Assembly (NCBI GenBank): GCA_946414885.1
Contig: CAMKQH010000015.1
Coordinates: 32,881 to 96,880 of the forward strand
DNA length: 64,000 nt
Origin: an uncultured Lachnospiraceae bacterium
GTDB lineage: Bacteria; Bacillota; Clostridia; Lachnospirales; Lachnospiraceae
Direction: 5' to 3'
The position numbers and the translations under genes were made by a program. Of this stretch, positions 9,044-18,602 are shown piece after piece (position 1 is the stretch's first letter; the number at the start of each line of letters is the position of its first letter). The notes beneath the pieces were generated by a model that had not been told where the DNA came from, searched no databases, and was given only the letters and a program-made list of their open reading frames with translations.

Positions 9044-9868
9044 TTATGTTGTCCATATTTTGAAGGACTCGTCCGTACCATCATATTTACCCTTTTGAAT
9101 ACCCATGGACAATGAAGCAATACTACTCCCCGCTTTCTTAGGATCCAAATTAGTAACTTCATGCTCCACATATTTGACCTTTCTGGTGATTTCAGTACTC
9201 GGCATCATATATGGTTTATCCGAAAGAGACTCATATATCTCCTGATAATCATCCTTCATCTCCTGGAGAACCTGCTCAAACTGATTGATTCTTTTTTTAT
9301 TATGAATTATAAATCCTTCCAACATCTTCAAATTGTATGACTTAACCTTATAAACGACCACTGGATTAAGTAAAGCTTTGATTCTCGGATTGATAAAGAA
9401 TTCCTCAGGGACCGATTTTTTTGTAAATTCTAACTGCGCTGTCAACATTGACTGTGGATTGTGAAAAGACCAATTACGAATCTCATGTAACTCATTTAAG
9501 ATTCTATTATTATCTTCTTTCAATTCTCTTTTTATATATCTCTTTTTCACCAAGAGCTCTCTGACATCAATATATGAGAACGAAGAAGATTGATGATCTG
9601 CAATAAACCTCAGCAGTTCACGCTGTTGATATAAAATCTTATCGTGAACCGAATCATATATCTCGGCAGGAATCACGCCGTCAATCCTATATTTCAACAG
9701 TAATTCCTCAGCTTCAATAGCATATCTTTTAAGTTTTTCCAAATCAACCATGACTGGGACAATTAAGCTTTTTAATACTACGCAGCCATCCTCCATAGTA
9801 TTTATCGTAAATTGTTTGTATTGTTTATTAGACATTTCTATTATCACTCTTCCATTATCACAATCCAA
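9044..9868 (-). CDS. hypothetical helical protein with HEPN-type R-x4-H motif
   Basis: LHEIRNWSFH (9461-9478); start uncertain (TTG at 9868 or ATG at 9835). Confidence 0.65.
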   Translation of the reverse strand: MDCDNGRVIIEMSNKQYKQFTINTMEDGCVVLKSLIVPVMVDLEKLKRYAIEAEELLLKYRIDGVIPAEIYDSVHDKILYQQRELLRFIADHQSSSFSYIDVRELLVKKRYIKRELKEDNNRILNELHEIRNWSFHNPQSMLTAQLEFTKKSVPEEFFINPRIKALLNPVVVYKVKSYNLKMLEGFIIHNKKRINQFEQVLQEMKDDYQEIYESLSDKPYMMPSTEITRKVKYVEHEVTNLDPKKAGSSIASLSMGIQKGKYDGTDESFKIWTT

Positions 9869-9954
9869 TTACTGTGAATAATATTCTATAGCTCCTCGAC
9901 TTCCTTAAATTGGTTCACTTTGATTTGAAAATACAACTATAATAATTATATTGT

Positions 9955-9963
9955 ATTATATCA
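9955..9963 (-). promoter_or_regulatory. extended -10 promoter for the HEPN-Schlafen-STAND operon
   Basis: minus strand TGATATAAT, with TTGTTG 17 nt upstream of TATAAT. Confidence 0.5.
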
Positions 9964-10018
9964 TAATATGCATATTTCAACAATATTCACCATTTTATAC
10001 TATTATGACCAATAAAGT

Positions 10019-10060
10019 TTTCAAAAAACAGTCGGTGAAAACACCGACTGTTTTTTGAAA
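10019..10060. terminator. bidirectional intrinsic terminator
   Basis: perfect IR TTTCAAAAAACAGTCGGTG-AAAA-CACCGACTGTTTTTTGAAA. Confidence 0.85.
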
Positions 10061-10086
10061 AATAACTTATGAAAATAGCTATTAAA

Positions 10087-10731
10087 CTAGTACCTCACCC
10101 TTCCTTCCGCCACGGCCTTCAGATGCTCTCCATACGGGCTCTTGCCATACACCTTAGCCGACTCCGCCAATTTTTCCTTACCAATAAATCCATTAATGTA
10201 CGCGATCTCTTCCGGAGCGCTGATAACGATTCCCTGTCTGCTCTGGATGGTCTCTACGAAATTGGCTGCCTGCAAAAGCGACGCCATCGTCCCCGTATCC
10301 AGCCATGCGAATCCGCGTCCGAGTAGCTGCACGTCCAGCAAACCGTCATTCAGATACATCTCGTTCAGCGTCGTGATTTCCAATTCACCTCTGGCACTGG
10401 GCTTCACCTGATTTGCCCTTGCGCTCACGCCTGCAGGATAGAAGTACAGACCAGTTACGGCATAATTTGATTTCGGCTCCTTCGGCTTCTCCTCGATCGA
10501 TAAAGCCTTTCCCTTCTCATCAAATTCCACAACGCCAAACCTCTCCGGATCAGACACGTAATATCCGAAAACGGTTGCCCTGCCATTCTCCTCGGCATCC
10601 CTTACGGCTTCCTTCAGCATGGAGCGAAATCCATTTCCGTAGAAAATATTATCACCCAAAATCATTGCACCTGCTTCACCGTCCAGAAATTCTTCTCCAA
10701 GAATAAAAGCCTGCGCCAGACCATCCGGCGC
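10087..10731 (-). pseudogene. rfbA: glucose-1-phosphate thymidylyltransferase, 5'-truncated
   Basis: [56 protein letters not shown]; the N-terminal ~75 aa are replaced by an IS66 remnant. Confidence 0.9.
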
Positions 10732-10737
10732 CTTGGT

Positions 10738-10953
10738 GTGCTTTACAGCATCGTTGAAACGACTAAGACCAATGAACTAAACACTTACTAATATTTGGAA
10801 CTCCTTCTTACCGAACTGCCCAAACACCCAGACGATAAGGATCTCGAGTTTCTTGACGACCCTCTGCCCTGGTCAGATCAGGTTCAGAAGAAATGCCCCT
10901 GCAGAAATGTAGAGTGTTTTGACGATCTGTACTCATGGATCTGGCCTTTTTAC
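10738..10953 (+). mobile_element. second IS66 3'-end remnant, degenerate
   Basis: clear homology to 4132-4410 (GCTTTACAGCATCGT..ACCGAACTGCCCAA..CCCTGGTCAGA..CCCCTGCAGAAATG..GTACTCATG..TTAC); in-frame TAA where the first copy has CAG. Confidence 0.75.
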
Positions 10954-11588
10954 TTGTTAACAATCACATTCTGCTTGTTCATTTCTAGCATGCCATCAAA
11001 ATGCTTTCCGTATCGCCCAATCATTTCTTTACCGTCGTTCATGTCTTTTGAAATAACAATTGGTTGCAAATCCACCGATGTACCCGTGACATTGCTGGCA
11101 TCTTTGTAAACGTGACCAGTCATAACAATCGAATCACCGATTTTTATGTAGTAATGATCAGGTTCATTTTTATAACCATATATACTAAGTTTTCTTATTC
11201 TTCCTTCATCCCTCAGTTTTTCCCAAATGCCAATAATATCTTTAAGACTCTTTAAGTATTCCTGAGTTTCTTTATCTTTTTTTCGCACAAAAACTACTAC
11301 TTCCTTGATAAAAGCACTTTGTTCCCTACTCAACTCATTCTGAAAAATGTTGGCCCACTTATATGAATTAACTGTATATAGGCATACTTTATCAGCTGCA
11401 CATGTTTCAGAAAAAAAACTTTCATTTAGTTTCAAGGCGTGTACAACCGAAGATTGCATTTTATCTTTTTCTTCTTTTTGTTTTTTGTCCATTCTTCCTT
11501 TGGTAACCCGTGCACCGGCTATAGCTCCTATTGCGGCACCAACAATCGTACACCCGCCTTCAATAATCGGTCCTATAATGCTATTCAT
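10950..11588 (-). CDS. hypothetical protein, N-terminal hydrophobic glycine-zipper helix plus possible DUF5919-like domain
   Basis: GGCTIVGAAIGAIAGA then a basic stretch; C-terminal LSIYGYKNEPDHYYIKIGD..RYGKHFDGM; GAGGGG RBS. Confidence 0.55.
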   Translation of the reverse strand: MNSIIGPIIEGGCTIVGAAIGAIAGARVTKGRMDKKQKEEKDKMQSSVVHALKLNESFFSETCAADKVCLYTVNSYKWANIFQNELSREQSAFIKEVVVFVRKKDKETQEYLKSLKDIIGIWEKLRDEGRIRKLSIYGYKNEPDHYYIKIGDSIVMTGHVYKDASNVTGTSVDLQPIVISKDMNDGKEMIGRYGKHFDGMLEMNKQNVIVNK

Positions 11589-12279
11589 TATCCGCCCCTC
11601 ATATAATCTTTATTTTTTTCTTGTTAACTCGCTTTTTCTTATTGGATATACTTTTTCCTTTCCCCTCTTTGCATATAGTCCCTATTTTCTCATCTGTCCC
11701 CTCCTTGTCTTCATAACAAACACATTATTGCAGCCAGTGCCTATAATCCTCAACGAAATACCTCATCTAATCATCCCAATTTGCTACTAGTCATCTTAAT
11801 CTTAACATGACATGTCGACAATTTCAATCGATGTACCAAATCGTCTGGCATTTCGTATGCGCAGAAAATTATACCAATATGATTTGGTCTATCGATTCAT
11901 GATGTCACCCCTTTGCACACATAATCGATTCCGTCGGTTTTCGTAAATCTGCCATATCCTTCTTCCCACATGTTTATATTAATCATAACATAACAAAAAT
12001 TCCTCCCACAAGTTCACTTTTGTAACACAACTGTTCATTTTGTCGAACATTTCATCCCAGTAAATATGGGCTTAGGGGCATACTTCCGTTCAACTAAATG
12101 AACATTTTCGTTCACTTTACCGAACCTCAGATTCAATATCAGAGCTAATTTCCTTGCCTTCTTCTCCCGCCATCTCTTCCCTTTCCCCTCCATCAAAAAA
12201 CCCACCCTTCAGCTCTCGCCTCCGGGTGGATCTTTCATCATTTCTTATACACTTTTCTTTCGGTCTTTTGCCTTAAAAC

Positions 12280-12304
12280 GTGACAGTAGACACGTCCCCG
12301 TGGC
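12280..12304 (-). repeat. REP-like ~25-bp repeat, copy 1
   Basis: GTGACAGTAGACACGTCCCCGTGGC, the reverse complement of consensus GTCACGGGGACGTGTCTACTGACAC with 2 mismatches. Confidence 0.75.
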
Positions 12305-12388
12305 CCAAAACCGTGGCCAAAACCTCGGCCCGTCACGACCACAACCTGCGGCCAGACAAAGCCTCAGCTCAAACCTTCAAGCCCTCAC

Positions 12389-15300
12389 TCAATCCGTAAA
12401 GATCTGCACCCAGTAGTATCCATACTCGCTATTGTCAATATGGACGCAGGCGATGCCGACTTTGCCAAAGTGTTCGCTAAGGATGTTCGCGCGGTGGCCG
12501 GGCGAATTCATCCATGAAGTCATTACGGCTTCCGGAGTCGTCTGGCCAGCGGCGATGTTTTCGCCTGCCACCAGATAAGTAACGTTATGTTGATTCAAGA
12601 TGGTGTTAAAATCGCTTCCGTCCGGTCTCACGTGGTCGAAAGTGCTTACGATCTCATTAGCCCTGACAATCGCTAACTGGTTCAACTCAGCAGACGCGCT
12701 AAGGGGTGAAAGACCAATTGCCGTCCTCTCCTGATTGATTAGCGTCAGCACGCTATCCGCGATATTATATCCTATGGGCTGACCGTTTTCATCCAGCCAA
12801 TTTGCATAGATCGTCACGTCGCTGCCGTCGATTTCCACGAAGTTTACGTTGACGCCATTCAATCTCCAGCCGCCGAAGATACATCCTTCGCGCTCCGGGA
12901 TCGGTGCCTCATAGACCCAGAAATCATAGCCTTCGCCATCATCAACTTCCCAAGTGCAGATCGTCGAATTATCGTCAGCATAATATCCGCCGTTTGCGTT
13001 GAATTTTAACTCATAAGTCTTTACCCAATCTGCCTCAAGGGTTACGTCCTCATCTACGCGGATCCTGTCGTAAGCATTTCCGTTATAGAGCCAGCCGTCG
13101 AAACGGTAGCCTTCCTTGAGCGGTTCAAGTTCATCATCCCATCCAAGGGGATACCAGCTGCCCTTGTCAACACTTGCCGTCTTGATGGTAGAATCATCAC
13201 GGAACTTCGCTCCCGGTCCGGGATTATAAGTCACTACCAGCAACTTCTCCCAGATTGCATAGAACGTCTTCGAACCAGTCAAGGTCGTATCCCAATCCGT
13301 CTCTGCCGTCTGTGCGGTAGCCGTCTCAGCCCATCCAAGGAAACGATAGCCGTCTCTGTCAGGCCACGCCTGACCAACGCGATAATCACCGAGGTTCTCA
13401 AAGAAGTTCCTGGTAACCTCATCATACGTTACGCCGTTCTCGCCATATTCCATTCCCCAGCCGCCGCCGTTTGCGTCATAAGTCACAACCGGCTTTGCCT
13501 GCCATACTGCGTAGAACGTGGTGCTGCCTTGCAGCGTCACGGGATTGGAAAGCGGCTCACCATCCTGCGTGGTGGACCAACCAATAAAATCATAGTCATC
13601 TCTGAAAGGAGTCCAGCCGTCGAAGTAATACTCTCCCTCGTACCCGTCACGATAATGCACGTAATCCGTCTCGCCCGGGGTATTTACGTCATAACCGAAG
13701 AAGCTTCCGCCGTTGGCATCATACGTCACGGTTACCTTAGGACGCCACTTCGCATATACGGTGCGGCTCACGCTATACTCATAGAAATGAACCTCTTGGT
13801 TATCCACGGATGCGCCGTTTGCATCTACCCAACCGCCAAACTCATAGCCTTCGCGCCAAGGATTCTCCTGGCGGATATAAGTATAATACTCATCAAGATT
13901 ACGCCACTCGTACCGAACGGTTTGATCATAGCGCCATATCGTACCATCTTCCGTCTCTTCCGTAATGGAACCCCAGCCACCGCCGTTCGCATCATACTTG
14001 ACGTGCGCAATCTCATGCCAAATTGCATACAAGGTCATGTCTTCAGAGTTAGCATCCAGAGGAATCAGATCACCAGGCCGGTAATCCACTATGCCGTAGT
14101 TCGCGTGTTCTTCACCCAGTGCATAACCCATAAATCTGCACGGATAACCGCTGCAGTACGGCTCCCAACCGTCAACGCGGTACTCTTCGTTTGTCCACAC
14201 GTTGTTCGAAATGCTTAATCTCTCGTATGTATCGCTATATCGGTCATACATTCCCCAGCCACCAAAGCCGCCATTTTCATACGTAATGGTTATTTCCTTT
14301 TTCCAGCTTGCATAGAAGGTTTCTGCAGTGGTGCCGGTAAAGTCAATTCTTCTGTCATCCGCACGATTGCCCTGTGCGTCTACCCAGCCGTCAAACACAT
14401 AGCCTTCACGCCAAGGCTGTTCAAATCCCACGTAGTAAACGTAACCCGGCTCGCGCCAATCCATTTTTACCGTCTTCTTATAAGTGGTGCCGCCGTTCTC
14501 AGTTTCAATGAGATCACCCCAGCCACCGCCATTTCCTCTGTAGGTGACGGTCGGCATTCTCATCCAAACCGCATAGAACGTAACGTCTTCCGTCAGGATT
14601 AAGTGATCATTAGGCTGATAATCCACCTGCCCAAGCTGATAGTGATCATGACCCATCGCATAGCCCAGGAACTTATAAGGTTCGTTGCAAGAATCCGGCC
14701 ACCGGCCGTCAAGATTATAATCGCCGGTCCACTCCTCACGGTCAAACGTGGTGCACTCATACTCTTCCGTATTCCAGTCATACCAACCATAGCCGCCAAT
14801 ATAAGTCTTGTAAGTTACGGTTACAGGCTCTCTCCACTTTGCGTAGAAGGTATATACGTCACCGTCTTCAAGGTCCAGCCTGGTTTCGTCAGCGCGATTG
14901 CCCTGTGCGTCAACCCAACACTCAAACTCAGCGCCATCACGCCATGGCTGCTCAAATCCCACGTAATACACGTGACCAGGCTCGCGCCAGTCATATCTCA
15001 CGACATCTGCGTAAGCACGGCCGTCTTCCGTTACAATACTGCCCCAACCGCCGCCGTTTGCATCATAAACAATCGTAGGCAACTGCTTCCATACGGCATA
15101 TAGCGTAAGAGCGCCACTTAGGTTAATCTTCTGATCTGCCGTATACTGTGCCTGCGTGCCATTCTCTACGGTCGTGTAACCAACAAACTTATAAGGACCT
15201 TCACGGTTCGGCGTCCATCCCTCGATCTGATACTCACCCTCCGTTGCTTCACGCGTGAAGGTGTCATACTCATATCTTTCGCCGTTAAACCAGCCCCAGC

Positions 15301-18300
15301 CACCGGGCGTGGTCTTGTAAGTTACCGTACACTTCTTTACCCAATGCGCCTCGACAACATAAGTCTGCTCATCCTCCAGCAGGATCTCCACGTCATCCGC
15401 GCGTCCGCCCGTCGGGAAATACCAACCGTCGAACTCATATCCGGGCATTTCCGGATATTCCATGCCAACGTAATAATAATGTCCTGCCTCATCCCAGTGC
15501 ATCTGCCAGGTCTGATGATAAGCAATATTTCCATCGTTATCAATATACCAACCCCAGCCACCGCCGTTTGCGTCATAGATGACCATGGGATACTGCTTCC
15601 AAACGGCATACAGCGTCATGCTCTGCGTGAGATTAATTTCCTCGTCACGAGTATATGCCACGTCGCCGTCAGCGCTCAAAGCCCAGCCAAGGAACTCCCA
15701 GCCATCACGCCTTACGCCATAACCTTCCATGCGATATCTGCCAAAACTCCGCTCTACGGTTTTCGTCAAAGCACCGCCATCAAACCATCCGCCGTTTCCG
15801 TCATAAGTAACGACCGGATTTGCTCCCCAGATCGCATAGAAGATCGTGTCCATCTTCAGATCAAAATCATAATCCGTCTGCGCCGTCGTAGCCGCTGCAT
15901 TGATACTCCATCCAAGGAAACAATAACCATCCCTGTGAGGCCATTCCTGAGCAACCCAGTAATTACCAGTATACGCATCGCTGGAAACTCTGGGCGTACT
16001 GCCGTCATCCCACGTTCCGCCATTGGGATGATACGTTACGTTAACTTGTTTTCTCCACCGTGCCTTTACGGTAATGGGCTCCGTCAGATTGATCTGCCAT
16101 GCGGGTTCGTCATCTACAACCCAACAGTCAAACTCATAGCCAGCTCTCTGAGGCTCATGCCAGCCAATGTAGTAAAGACCTGCAGGCTCCTGCTGCGTAA
16201 CGGTCGTAAATTCCGGATCATTGTCAAACTGCCAGAAACCGCCGTTCGCGTCATACGTTACTGCAATCGCACCTTCCCACACAGCCACAACCGTCGTGGG
16301 ACCGGTCACCTTTACCTTACGAACAATCTTGTCACCATATTTCCAACCAACGAACCTATAACCAGGCCTTACGGGATCTTCGATACGCTCATTCATTATG
16401 TAACTCAAGTAATGCGTCCCAGGCCCAATCTTTCTCGTCAGCGTCGTCGCGCCATATCCTCCCGTCGGATTCTGATCCCATCCGCCGCCGTTCGCGTCAT
16501 AGGTCAAAGGATAAGTCTCAAGCCACTGCGCCGTCAGCGTAACGTCCGCATTCAGGGCCACGCCCTCCACGTACCTTCCTTCGTACAGCCAACCCTTAAA
16601 CTCATGATTCTCCCAAACCGGCTCCTCTTCCAGGGTATCCAGATAAAAATATCCTGCATCCGCAGATACGGAAACGGTATGAGAGTTGTTGGAAGCAAAG
16701 GTACCCTGACCGGCATTGTAGGTGACGGTGTAGGTGGGGACATTTTGAGATTCAGAAATAAGAACATGGTTTCCAAGTTCAGCTAGTTCTGCTTTCGAAA
16801 TCTTCCTGCCGTCCGTATAAGCCAAAAGAACAATTATGTATCTCGTGCCGCTTAATACATGATAGTCCCCCGTCGTAAACCAGTTCGTCCATCCAAGATA
16901 CGACTGATCCGATCCGTAACAGAACACTGCATACTTCACTCCGTCATAGGGAATGATCTCAACGGCGTTCTCCCTAAGGTCATACATTTCCGAACGAGCT
17001 TGCTTTGATGAACTTGCAATCTCACCAGTGGAAATATACAAACTGCCTATCGTTAACTTTGCCGCACTTTGCCGCACGCTAACATTTACTTCACACGTCG
17101 CACTAATTCCGTTGTTAGCCGTTGCCGTTATCGTGGCCGTTCCAGCTGCTACGGCGTTAACAACTCCATTCGTAATCGTTGCAACGCTTTCATCCGAACT
17201 CGTCCAGTTGAGTTCCGGATTTGTTGCGTCTGACGGCGATACTTCCGCACTCAGCTCCGCAAAATCTCCCACAAAAAGATTTAACTCCGAGGCGCTCAAA
17301 GTTACTGAAGCAATCTCCACAGTCTTTTCCGCTTCTGTTACGCAAATCATGCTTCCAAAACTTGCTAAATCAGAATTTTTAAGCTTTCTGCCATCCGTAT
17401 AAGCCATAAGAATAATAACATGTCTTGTGCCTTCTAAAACCTGATAGCTTCCCGTCGTAATCCAGTTTGTCCATCCAAGGTACGACTCATCCTCTGCATA
17501 ACAGAACGCGGCATACTTCACGCCATCTCCAGGGATGACCTCTACTGACTTTTCACTCAGGTCGTACCTGCCGGAGCGTGCCTGCTTTGATGAGCTTGTA
17601 TTCTCTCCAGTGGAAATATACAAACTGCCTATCGTCAACTCTTCCACAACAGGCACTTCGCTCACATTTACTTCACAAGTTGCACTAATACCATTGTTCG
17701 ATGCAGCCGTAATTGTAGCAGTTCCAGCTACCAATGCATTTACAACTCCGTTTGTTACCGTTGCTACGCTCTCATCCGAACTCGTCCATGTAATCTCCTG
17801 ATTTGTTGCGTCAGAGGGAGATACTTCCGCGCTTATTTCCGCAGTGCCTCCCACAAAAAGATTTAACTCCGAGGCGCTCAAAGTTATTGCGGTAACCTCC
17901 ACAGTCTTTTCTGCTTCCGTCACGCATATCATGCTTCCAAAACTAGCTAGATCGGCACTACTTAACTTTTTGCTTGCAACATAAGTCATAAGGATGGTGA
18001 TATATCTGGTATCATCCAATACCTGATAACCTCCAGCCGTAAGCCAGTTAGTCCATCCGAGATACGACTCATCCTCACCGTAACAAAATACGGAATACTT
18101 AACACCGTCTCCAGGATTAACCGATATCGACTTTTCGCTCAAGTCATACCTGATAGAACGTGCTGTTTTGGTTGAACTCGCATTCTCTCCAGTGGCAACA
18201 TACAAACTGCCTAAAACCAGTGAAACCGCTTCTGGGTTCCCATTTGCATGAGATACCATAGGAATATTGATTGTACTTACGACAATCAATATGGAAAGTA

Positions 18301-18334
18301 AAAAAGATAATGTTTTTTTCATAGTACGCCTCAT
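12389..18334 (-). CDS. giant secreted/cell-surface repeat protein: signal peptide, 3x unassigned ~100-aa repeat, 2x Big_2, ~16x Listeria-Bacteroides (Flg_new/InlB-B) repeats, C-terminal CAP/SCP domain
   Basis: start MRRTMKKTLSFLLSIL at 18334 (GGAGGT RBS); Big_2 VxPxDATNxxxxWTSSDESVAT; repeats vTYdaNGG..PxRxGYxFxGW; CAP GENIAAGQ..VMTSWMNSPGHRANIL. Confidence 0.9.
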   Translation of the reverse strand: MRRTMKKTLSFLLSILIVVSTINIPMVSHANGNPEAVSLVLGSLYVATGENASSTKTARSIRYDLSEKSISVNPGDGVKYSVFCYGEDESYLGWTNWLTAGGYQVLDDTRYITILMTYVASKKLSSADLASFGSMICVTEAEKTVEVTAITLSASELNLFVGGTAEISAEVSPSDATNQEITWTSSDESVATVTNGVVNALVAGTATITAASNNGISATCEVNVSEVPVVEELTIGSLYISTGENTSSSKQARSGRYDLSEKSVEVIPGDGVKYAAFCYAEDESYLGWTNWITTGSYQVLEGTRHVIILMAYTDGRKLKNSDLASFGSMICVTEAEKTVEIASVTLSASELNLFVGDFAELSAEVSPSDATNPELNWTSSDESVATITNGVVNAVAAGTATITATANNGISATCEVNVSVRQSAAKLTIGSLYISTGEIASSSKQARSEMYDLRENAVEIIPYDGVKYAVFCYGSDQSYLGWTNWFTTGDYHVLSGTRYIIVLLAYTDGRKISKAELAELGNHVLISESQNVPTYTVTYNAGQGTFASNNSHTVSVSADAGYFYLDTLEEEPVWENHEFKGWLYEGRYVEGVALNADVTLTAQWLETYPLTYDANGGGWDQNPTGGYGATTLTRKIGPGTHYLSYIMNERIEDPVRPGYRFVGWKYGDKIVRKVKVTGPTTVVAVWEGAIAVTYDANGGFWQFDNDPEFTTVTQQEPAGLYYIGWHEPQRAGYEFDCWVVDDEPAWQINLTEPITVKARWRKQVNVTYHPNGGTWDDGSTPRVSSDAYTGNYWVAQEWPHRDGYCFLGWSINAAATTAQTDYDFDLKMDTIFYAIWGANPVVTYDGNGGWFDGGALTKTVERSFGRYRMEGYGVRRDGWEFLGWALSADGDVAYTRDEEINLTQSMTLYAVWKQYPMVIYDANGGGWGWYIDNDGNIAYHQTWQMHWDEAGHYYYVGMEYPEMPGYEFDGWYFPTGGRADDVEILLEDEQTYVVEAHWVKKCTVTYKTTPGGWGWFNGERYEYDTFTREATEGEYQIEGWTPNREGPYKFVGYTTVENGTQAQYTADQKINLSGALTLYAVWKQLPTIVYDANGGGWGSIVTEDGRAYADVVRYDWREPGHVYYVGFEQPWRDGAEFECWVDAQGNRADETRLDLEDGDVYTFYAKWREPVTVTYKTYIGGYGWYDWNTEEYECTTFDREEWTGDYNLDGRWPDSCNEPYKFLGYAMGHDHYQLGQVDYQPNDHLILTEDVTFYAVWMRMPTVTYRGNGGGWGDLIETENGGTTYKKTVKMDWREPGYVYYVGFEQPWREGYVFDGWVDAQGNRADDRRIDFTGTTAETFYASWKKEITITYENGGFGGWGMYDRYSDTYERLSISNNVWTNEEYRVDGWEPYCSGYPCRFMGYALGEEHANYGIVDYRPGDLIPLDANSEDMTLYAIWHEIAHVKYDANGGGWGSITEETEDGTIWRYDQTVRYEWRNLDEYYTYIRQENPWREGYEFGGWVDANGASVDNQEVHFYEYSVSRTVYAKWRPKVTVTYDANGGSFFGYDVNTPGETDYVHYRDGYEGEYYFDGWTPFRDDYDFIGWSTTQDGEPLSNPVTLQGSTTFYAVWQAKPVVTYDANGGGWGMEYGENGVTYDEVTRNFFENLGDYRVGQAWPDRDGYRFLGWAETATAQTAETDWDTTLTGSKTFYAIWEKLLVVTYNPGPGAKFRDDSTIKTASVDKGSWYPLGWDDELEPLKEGYRFDGWLYNGNAYDRIRVDEDVTLEADWVKTYELKFNANGGYYADDNSTICTWEVDDGEGYDFWVYEAPIPEREGCIFGGWRLNGVNVNFVEIDGSDVTIYANWLDENGQPIGYNIADSVLTLINQERTAIGLSPLSASAELNQLAIVRANEIVSTFDHVRPDGSDFNTILNQHNVTYLVAGENIAAGQTTPEAVMTSWMNSPGHRANILSEHFGKVGIACVHIDNSEYGYYWVQIFTD

Positions 18335-18602
18335 CCCAACACCTCCATAATACTTTGTCAATATTTGCTTATTTTTTTCCACGCTTCTACTGATATTACT
18401 AGCATACCACGGCTGTGTATTTGATGCAATCAAAAAGGAGAGTATTTTCCAAATCTTACTCTCCCTTAATCCCCTTTCATCTCCTTGGCAAGTCCTACAC
18501 CATTCCCAACACCTTTTTCAACATCTCAAAAGCTGCATACTTCTTCGCCATGGTCTTCACTGGTTGGCCTTTGCCAGTTATGTCCGCACATACCCCTACC
18601 CT

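Noticed and set aside
4076-10953. Intact composite transposon
   Set aside because: Only right-end remnants are present, with no left IR, no tnpA/tnpB and no visible target duplication; reported as scars only.
13200-16600. Diversity-generating retroelement (TR/VR) in the giant protein repeats
   Set aside because: Differences between repeat copies (for example ~14410 versus ~14940) are largely synonymous and not adenine-specific, and there is no reverse transcriptase in the window.
13529-16786. Long + strand ORFs 13529-14218, 14603-15103 and 15344-16786
   Set aside because: Antisense shadows of the giant minus-strand gene; no RBS or recognisable domains.
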